Assembly (NCBI GenBank): GCA_045592165.1
Contig: JAZNUG010000094.1
Location: forward strand, 1-38,848
From: Clostridia bacterium
Lineage (GTDB): Bacteria > Bacillota > Clostridia > Christensenellales > CAG-138
Direction of reading: 5' to 3'
Length of the DNA stretch: 38,848 nucleotides
A program made the translations under genes and the position numbers. Below are positions 33,913 through 38,848 of the stretch, in pieces (position 1 is the first letter of the stretch; every line of letters begins with the position of its first letter). Under the pieces are notes generated by a model. It was not told the origin of the DNA and did not search any database. It was given only the letters and a program-made list of their open reading frames with translations.

Positions 33913-34470
33913 TTATACGCGCTCCATATATTCGCCGGTACGGGTATCAACGCGGATCTTATCGCCCTCGTTTACGAACAGAGGAACGGTAACCTTAAGA
34001 CCGGTTTCCAGAGTAGCGGGCTTGTTTGCGCCGGTGGCGGTATCGCCGCGAACGCCGGGTTCGCACTCGGTGATGGTCAGAACAACAAAGTTGGCAGCCT
34101 GTACGGAGAAGGGATTGCCCTTGTAGAAACGTACAGTTACGTTGTCGTTTTCGATGATGTAGTTGATGGCATCCTCAACCTGTGCATAGTTGAGGGGGAG
34201 CTGCTCGTAGGACTCGGTATCCATGAAGTAATACAGCTCGCCGTCATTGTACAGATACTGCATCTCCTTGGTCTCGATGTGAGCCTTGGGATACTTATCG
34301 GTGGGGCTGAAGGTGCGCTCCAGCACGGCGCCGGTCATAACATTCTTGAGGCGGGTGCGCACGAAAGCGGCGCCCTTGCCGGGCTTTACATGCTGAAAGT
34401 CAGCAATGGACCAAACCTGCCCGTCAATCTCCACAGTAACGCCCTTCCTGAAATCGCCAGCCATGATCAT
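33913..34470 (-). CDS. efp: Elongation factor P
   Basis: The sequence [44 protein letters not shown] carries the canonical KPGKG loop. Confidence 0.95.
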   Translation of the reverse strand: MIMAGDFRKGVTVEIDGQVWSIADFQHVKPGKGAAFVRTRLKNVMTGAVLERTFSPTDKYPKAHIETKEMQYLYNDGELYYFMDTESYEQLPLNYAQVEDAINYIIENDNVTVRFYKGNPFSVQAANFVVLTITECEPGVRGDTATGANKPATLETGLKVTVPLFVNEGDKIRVDTRTGEYMERV

Positions 34471-34586
34471 AAGGATTTACCTCCAAAGTAAATTAGTAAA
34501 TGTTTTTTATGTTTATCCTATCCACACTTTTATCCGTTAGGCATAATGTGGAGATTATAACCTTAAGTATTTTACCACATCTTGCA

Positions 34587-35456
34587 CTACTTCAACAAGC
34601 TGTTTATAGCGGAAAAATACATATCCTTCATACTTTTTGCATCTTCTGCCATGGTTCCCTTGGATTCGCAGATGAAAACAGGCTCATATCCCCTCTCTGC
34701 GATAAGCTCCGCAAGGGGCATAAACTCGGGACCGTACTGAACATCGGCAAAGGTATGATGCATCTTCTCCCCGCCCTTGGTATATTCTATGCGGGAAAAA
34801 TGCACATGCATTGTCCTTGTGCGCTCCATGCCTATGCCGTTTTCCAGCCTGTCCAAAATATCGGCATAGTCCTGCTTGGTATTTATAGCGCCCAGTCCGC
34901 GGCAATGGAGATGGCCAAAGTCGATTGCAGGCCATATGCGTTCATCCACATTGCACAGCTCAATTACCTCTTCAAGGCTGCCCAGCTGGTTTATCTTGCC
35001 CATGGTTTCGGCGCAGAGGGTAACGTTCATAAGATTCATATCGTCAAGTGTGGCGATGATTTCCTTGAAGAACACCTTCGCACGCTGAAGTATTGCACCC
35101 CTGTCGCCTCCGCTGGCGGAACCGGGATGAAATACCGCCCGCTTTGCGCCCAGGGCTTCCGCAACCTTGAGGGAATCCGCAAAGTAGCCGATGTTCTTTA
35201 TCTTTTTTTCCTCTTCCTCTGTGGCAAGGTTTATAAAATAGGGCATATGGACGCTGAGCTGAATACCGTACTTTTCCGCCTCGGCGCGTATGGCCTTCGC
35301 ACCCTCTGTGCCAAGGCGAATACCCCTGCCGAATGAATATTCAAATGCATCAAGATCCCTCGCAGCAAGCCATTTAGGCATATCCACGCTGGCGGAGAAA
35401 CCTTCCTGATAAAAGCTGTCACTGTTGCCCGCAGGGCCGAATTTGGGTTTAAACAC
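34587..35456 (-). CDS. Endonuclease IV-like TIM-barrel protein
   Basis: It uses a GTG start at 35456 with GGAGGT upstream. The motif series SVHMPYFINL, FHPG, CAETMG, IDFGHLH and ICES parallels the Nfo metal ligands. Confidence 0.75.
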   Translation of the reverse strand: MFKPKFGPAGNSDSFYQEGFSASVDMPKWLAARDLDAFEYSFGRGIRLGTEGAKAIRAEAEKYGIQLSVHMPYFINLATEEEEKKIKNIGYFADSLKVAEALGAKRAVFHPGSASGGDRGAILQRAKVFFKEIIATLDDMNLMNVTLCAETMGKINQLGSLEEVIELCNVDERIWPAIDFGHLHCRGLGAINTKQDYADILDRLENGIGMERTRTMHVHFSRIEYTKGGEKMHHTFADVQYGPEFMPLAELIAERGYEPVFICESKGTMAEDAKSMKDMYFSAINSLLK

Positions 35457-35499
35457 GTTTACCTCCGTATGATGATCAATATGTAATATGTATGGTTAT

Positions 35500-36210
35500 C
35501 TAAATATCCGCAAGTTCTTTATTTAGCTTATTAAGGGCTTTTTTCTCTATTCGGGATACGTAGCTCCGTGATATTCCAAGGAGCTTTGCAATCTCCCGCT
35601 GGGGCACCGGTCTCCCGCCGCACAGGCCGTAGCGCAGCGCTATAACCTTTCGCTCCCGGGGTGTCAGTATCCGCTCCATTGCAGAGCGCAGATATTCCCC
35701 CGCAACGGAAAGCTCCACAGCGTTGTGCACCTCATCTCCATCTGAACCCAGCACCTCGCTCAGAGAAATTTCATTGCCGTCCTTGTCCACGCCGATAGGA
35801 TCGGAAATAGACACTTCTCCCGCCTGCTTTTTCTCCGATCTCAGGGACATGAGTATCTCATTTTCTATGCATCGGGCAGCATAGGTGGCAAGGGTGTTTC
35901 CCTTCCGGGCGTTGAAGGTGGATACGGCCTTGATAAGTCCCACCACTCCTATGGAAATAATATCATCCGCATCCCGTCTGGGGGTGGTATATTTCTTTGC
36001 AATATGGGCTACAAGGCGAAGATTATGCTCTATCAGCAGCCGTCTTGCCTCGGAATCGCCCTTTTCAAGGCGTTCAAGGCACTCCCTCTCCTCCTCCTGT
36101 GACAATGGCTCGGGAAAGGAGCTTCCGCTCCCGATATGTCCGGCAAAGGCGAAGATTCCGCCCAGCAGATTGAGTATGGCCTCCAGCATACAGACTGCAC
36201 ACCTCCGCAT
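35500..36210 (-). CDS. sigK: Sporulation sigma factor SigK (pro-sigma-K), uninterrupted
   Basis: FPEPLSQEEE, LIEHNLRLVAHIAKKY, ATYAARCIENEILM and SRSYVSRIEKKAL match sigma-K rather than sigma-E. The start may instead be the internal ATG at 36189. Confidence 0.85.
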   Translation of the reverse strand: MRRCAVCMLEAILNLLGGIFAFAGHIGSGSSFPEPLSQEEERECLERLEKGDSEARRLLIEHNLRLVAHIAKKYTTPRRDADDIISIGVVGLIKAVSTFNARKGNTLATYAARCIENEILMSLRSEKKQAGEVSISDPIGVDKDGNEISLSEVLGSDGDEVHNAVELSVAGEYLRSAMERILTPRERKVIALRYGLCGGRPVPQREIAKLLGISRSYVSRIEKKALNKLNKELADI

Positions 36211-36308
36211 TTTTCAATTGGTGTATCAGTTTATGCGGATTTTCCTCAGAAAATGACGAACTGCCCTTAGGAATAATATACAACACCCGCCCTCTGCACG
36301 CAAGGCGA

Positions 36309-36335
36309 TAGAAAAGGATGGCAAAGCCATCCCTT
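36309..36335 (-). terminator. Intrinsic terminator after the B12-riboswitch operon
   Basis: In minus sense, GGATGGC-TTT-GCCATCC is followed by TTTTCT. Confidence 0.75.
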
Positions 36336-36340
36336 AATTT

Positions 36341-36850
36341 TTATTTTGACGCGCTTCCCGCTGCTGTTTCTATGGCGCGAAGCAATGTCGGCAACAGCAC
36401 AGCCGTAACGGCAAAGTTTCCTGCACAATGCAGAATATCAAATGGTATTCCGCTGACCCAATAGGAGAATCCTGCGGCCCATCCTCCGGCAAAAAGATAC
36501 GGTACGGCGCACATCGCCCCGAAACACAGCCCAAATATCGCAGAAACTATCGCCCAGAACAACCTCCCTCTGTTGTTTCTGAACAGCATCACAATACATA
36601 CCAGAAGCGGCCATATGTAAAGATACGATATCCACCATATGCTGAAGCCGAATATCAGCCCCTCCAGCATAACATACACCGCCACCGCATACAGCATCCG
36701 CCAGCCGAAGTATATTGTGCCGGCTATTATGAAAACTGCCACGGGATGAATATTGGGCAGCGCCATCATTGCAGCCTTGAGGGCAAACATCAGCGCCCCC
36801 AGCATGCCCAGAACCGCCATCTCACGAACAGAAAGCCCTTTACCAGTCAT
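36341..36850 (-). CDS. Small polytopic membrane protein, ECF-type S-component-like (putative cobalamin-related)
   Basis: 169 aa with 5-6 hydrophobic helices. It overlaps the upstream DUF4430-like gene by 11 nt and lies downstream of a cobalamin riboswitch. Confidence 0.65.
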   Translation of the reverse strand: MTGKGLSVREMAVLGMLGALMFALKAAMMALPNIHPVAVFIIAGTIYFGWRMLYAVAVYVMLEGLIFGFSIWWISYLYIWPLLVCIVMLFRNNRGRLFWAIVSAIFGLCFGAMCAVPYLFAGGWAAGFSYWVSGIPFDILHCAGNFAVTAVLLPTLLRAIETAAGSASK

Positions 36851-37241
36851 ATCCCACCGTAAGAGTTATCTCGTACTTGTCGCCATCGGCAATGACGGTA
36901 TCGTCAACGCCTGTCATCATGGGTTCACCGTCCTTGGTAAAGCACCACCATTCCTCATTGGTCATATCTGCAGTATACCCTTCCACTGCGGTAACAAACA
37001 GGGTAGGTCCGCTGTCGTCGCCGGCAATAAGATCATGTTCCTCAAGGGCACCTCTGAGGTTTTCGCTGTTGGTGCTGATATCCCACAGGGACTCTGTTCC
37101 GTCGGCATGGATGATCTGCACGGTTATGTCCTTGGCCGCTGCGTCGCCCTTTGGCATAAATACTGCATAGCAGGCAATAAATATCGCTATGACGGCCAAT
37201 ACTGCAAAGATTGCGATGAGTGTTCTCTTTTGGTTGTTCAT
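36840..37241 (-). CDS. Membrane-anchored DUF4430-like (transcobalamin-like fold) protein
   Basis: The ATG at 37241 has an AAGGGAGA RBS and the product has an N-terminal TM anchor. The segments ITVQIIHADG...NLRGALEEH...FVTAVEGY...WWCFTKDGE...GDKYEITL are typical of DUF4430. Confidence 0.75.
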   Translation of the reverse strand: MNNQKRTLIAIFAVLAVIAIFIACYAVFMPKGDAAAKDITVQIIHADGTESLWDISTNSENLRGALEEHDLIAGDDSGPTLFVTAVEGYTADMTNEEWWCFTKDGEPMMTGVDDTVIADGDKYEITLTVGYDW

Positions 37242-37299
37242 GAAAAAATCTCCCTTTTTCTTTTTTTGCACAGCCGCGCCATGCAAAGAAAAAGAGAGA

Positions 37300-37495
37300 C
37301 CGGGCAGATATATCTGCCATTATTATACCAATCGGCCGGGGTTCCGCAGCTCTTTGCAAGGCTCTTTGGGCAGGTAATCTGACTTGAGGGAGTTATCCCT
37401 TTCACAGTGACGGCCTCGCGGAAGAATCTCACTTCCATTCCCCTGTTAACCATGGGCTATTGCCCACGGAACCCAAAGATGTACTGTATTCAGTT
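37300..37495 (-). promoter_or_regulatory. Cobalamin (B12) riboswitch
   Basis: In minus sense, P1 pairs GGGUUCCG with GCGGAACCC. The core reads AACAGGGAA, GGAAGUGAGAUUCUUCC and GCCGUCACUGU. The B12 box AGUCAGAUUACCUGCCC is at plus-strand 37368..37384. The expression-platform hairpin GGCAGAUAUAUCUGCC is at 37303..37318. Confidence 0.85.
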
Positions 37496-37502
37496 GTGCT
37501 TT

Positions 37503-37533
37503 ATTAAAATATACCGCAGTTTCCCCCTGCGGT
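37503..37533 (-). terminator. Intrinsic terminator after queT
   Basis: In minus sense, ACCGCAG-GGGGAAA-CTGCGGT is followed by ATATTTTAAT. Confidence 0.7.
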
Positions 37534-37536
37534 CAA
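37508..37536 (-). promoter_or_regulatory. Sigma-A promoter of the B12-riboswitch operon, overlapping the queT terminator
   Basis: In minus sense: TTGACC (37536..37531), an exact 17-nt spacer, then TATATT (37513..37508). The spacer is the terminator hairpin. Confidence 0.6.
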
Positions 37537-38031
37537 TCACTTATCGGCAAAAAGCTGAGAGGCGCGGTTCTTTACGGCCCTGTATAAAATCCGGCCAAGC
37601 ACCCCTGCGGAAAGTATCTCTCCCGCCCCTACGGTTATCATCATATACCACACCGCATCAGGCATACCGTAGCCATAGCGCAGAACGAATGGCACTATAA
37701 AAGCATTGGCCAACACCGGAGGCACCGTGGCAAGCACAGGACGGCTTTTCAAAATCCGGGTACCGATTGCACCGATAAGGGTGGCAATACTGCCAAGGAT
37801 AACATCCAGCACTATGCAACCGGTCATGGCATTGGCCAGAAGGCAGCCTATTGCAAGGCCGGGAATGGCAGCGGGGGTGAATATAGGCAGGATACACAGG
37901 GCTTCGCTGAGCCTGAGCTGTATCACGCCGGAGGACAATCCCAGCTGGGCAGACAGGAATGTGAGCGCCACATACAGCGCGGCGATTGCGCCGCCATGTA
38001 TCAGGCCGCGTACAGAGTAACGGTTATTCAT
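37537..38031 (-). CDS. queT: Queuosine-precursor transporter QueT (ECF S-component family)
   Basis: 164 aa. The segments LIHGGAIAALYVALTF, IQLRLSEAL and LDVILGSIATLIGA are typical of QueT. The RBS is AAGGAGA. Confidence 0.85.
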   Translation of the reverse strand: MNNRYSVRGLIHGGAIAALYVALTFLSAQLGLSSGVIQLRLSEALCILPIFTPAAIPGLAIGCLLANAMTGCIVLDVILGSIATLIGAIGTRILKSRPVLATVPPVLANAFIVPFVLRYGYGMPDAVWYMMITVGAGEILSAGVLGRILYRAVKNRASQLFADK

Positions 38032-38105
38032 TTTTTGTTCTCCTTAGTTTTGTTTTTTCCCCGCGAAGCTGCGGTTTGGTGAGGATGGTTTCGAACTCAC
38101 CGAGC
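38032..38105 (-). promoter_or_regulatory. preQ1-type riboswitch candidate in the queT leader (class not resolved)
   Basis: In minus sense, the hairpin CCGC-AGCUUC-GCGG is followed by the tail GGAAAAAACAAAACUAAGGAG. That tail closely resembles the class I A-rich tail (AAAAAACUAAGG) and includes the SD. An extra upstream hairpin, GGUGAG...CUCACC, lies at 38078..38101. Confidence 0.5.
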
Positions 38106-38116
38106 ATAATAATAGC

Positions 38117-38149
38117 AAAAAAGCCCGAAAAATTCAAGGTATTCCGGGC
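38117..38149 (-). terminator. Second of two tandem terminators after the U32 peptidase gene
   Basis: In minus sense, GCCCG...CGGGC is followed by TTTTTT. Confidence 0.65.
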
Positions 38150-38160
38150 ATTTAGGTGTG

Positions 38161-38187
38161 AAAAGCGCCGCCCTGTTCAGGCGGCGC
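38161..38187 (-). terminator. First terminator after the U32 peptidase gene
   Basis: In minus sense, GCGCCGCC-TGAACAG-GGCGGCGC is followed by TTTT. Confidence 0.75.
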
Positions 38188-38194
38188 AAATGCT

Positions 38195-38848
38195 CTATTC
38201 AACTTTTTTTCTCAATATATCCCCTGCCCTCACAGGCTCGCTGCAGCCGATGTACAGCTTTTCCTTGGGATGGGGTGCGCTTTGAACAGCTTCGCCGTCC
38301 ATGTTTTTCATGCCCTGCACAGTAAAGCTTCTGCCGATATCGCCGGGGGAAAGTATTATAAGCTCTTCCCCGTCCAAAAACTTATTGCGCTGGGCAATAA
38401 GGGCGGTTTTGCTCTCAGCATCATATGACTGGACAACTGCGGCAATAGCACCGTCTGAAATATAGCCGCCGGTACCTGTTTCCTGTCCGCCGGGCCCCGG
38501 CTCGCCGAAGGCAAAGCCGGTAGTATACGGCCTGTGGGAGGCAAGCTCCAGCTCCTTCATAACAAGATCAGGCACCTTATAGGGTATGCCGAGCTGCTTG
38601 CTGCGGCTGTATTCATTAAGGGCCATGCGGTATGCATTGACAACCGTTGCCACATAGGCAATGGACTTCATGCGTCCCTCGATCTTAAGGCTCATTATGC
38701 CTGCATCAATAACCTCGGGCAGATATTCTATCAGCCTGAGATCGCGGGAATTCATGATAAAAGTACCCGCCTGATCCTGCTCCATGGTGAAGAATTCGCC
38801 GTCGGTCCCCTTTTCCCGGATTTCGTACTTCCAGCGGCAGGGCTGGGC
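38195..38848 (-). CDS. Peptidase U32 family protein, C-terminal part (continues beyond the right edge)
   Basis: NSRDLRLIEYLPEVIDAGIMSLKIEGRMKS is a typical U32 segment. The reading frame stays open to the window edge. Confidence 0.85.
   Translation of the reverse strand, partial: AQPCRWKYEIREKGTDGEFFTMEQDQAGTFIMNSRDLRLIEYLPEVIDAGIMSLKIEGRMKSIAYVATVVNAYRMALNEYSRSKQLGIPYKVPDLVMKELELASHRPYTTGFAFGEPGPGGQETGTGGYISDGAIAAVVQSYDAESKTALIAQRNKFLDGEELIILSPGDIGRSFTVQGMKNMDGEAVQSAPHPKEKLYIGCSEPVRAGDILRKKVE

Noticed and set aside
35500-36210. A possible skin-type intervening element in sigK.
   Set aside because: The ORF encodes a continuous pro-sigma-K from the pro-sequence through region 4 (SRSYVSRIEKKAL). 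There is no interruption.
38078-38101. A TTCGAA-containing hairpin resembling a tRNA T-arm.
   Set aside because: The loop is 12 nt rather than 7. There is no acceptor stem, D-arm or anticodon arm around it. It is more simply part of the queT leader.
1-38848. A scan of the whole window for CRISPR arrays, rRNA/tRNA genes, IS elements and prophage blocks.
   Set aside because: I found no regularly spaced direct repeats with unique spacers and no rRNA- or tRNA-like cloverleaf segments. I also found no transposase or integrase other than the lone serine recombinase. The tandem repeats present are in-frame coding repeats.

Overview
This 38.8-kb window looks like chromosomal DNA from a spore-forming, Clostridia-type Firmicute, probably a gut Oscillospiraceae/Ruminococcaceae-like organism. 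It has mid-range GC content, AGGAGG-type ribosome-binding sites (RBS), an intact sigK, and infC-rpmI-rplT, efp and plsY. I support about 36 CDS, mostly on the minus strand. I also call four cis-regulatory RNAs: a Tyr-specifier T-box, a cobalamin riboswitch, a preQ1-type leader candidate and an L20-type infC leader. Several consensus sigma-A promoters and many intrinsic terminators are visible. I found no rRNA, tRNA, CRISPR array or complete mobile element.

Main findings:
1. A T-box leader with a UAC (Tyr) specifier sits in front of a gene whose active-site residues match tyrosine phenol-lyase. This predicts that a Tyr-degrading or reversible enzyme is induced by tyrosine starvation.
2. A tightly packed four-gene operon encodes two stand-alone cyclic-nucleotide-binding proteins, a TIM-barrel enzyme and a PAS-class III cyclase. 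By eye, the cyclase specificity positions read Glu/Gly (guanylate-cyclase-like) rather than Lys/Asp-Thr.
3. Two large surface proteins carry unrecognised modules and in-frame tandem repeats.
4. A CrtI-like flavoenzyme is translationally coupled to an FNR-type 2Fe-2S reductase.
5. A 17-Cys protein is coupled to a TrmH-family methyltransferase.
6. A promoter has its 17-nt spacer formed by the terminator hairpin of the upstream gene.

All functional calls come from motifs read by eye. No database search or covariance model was run.
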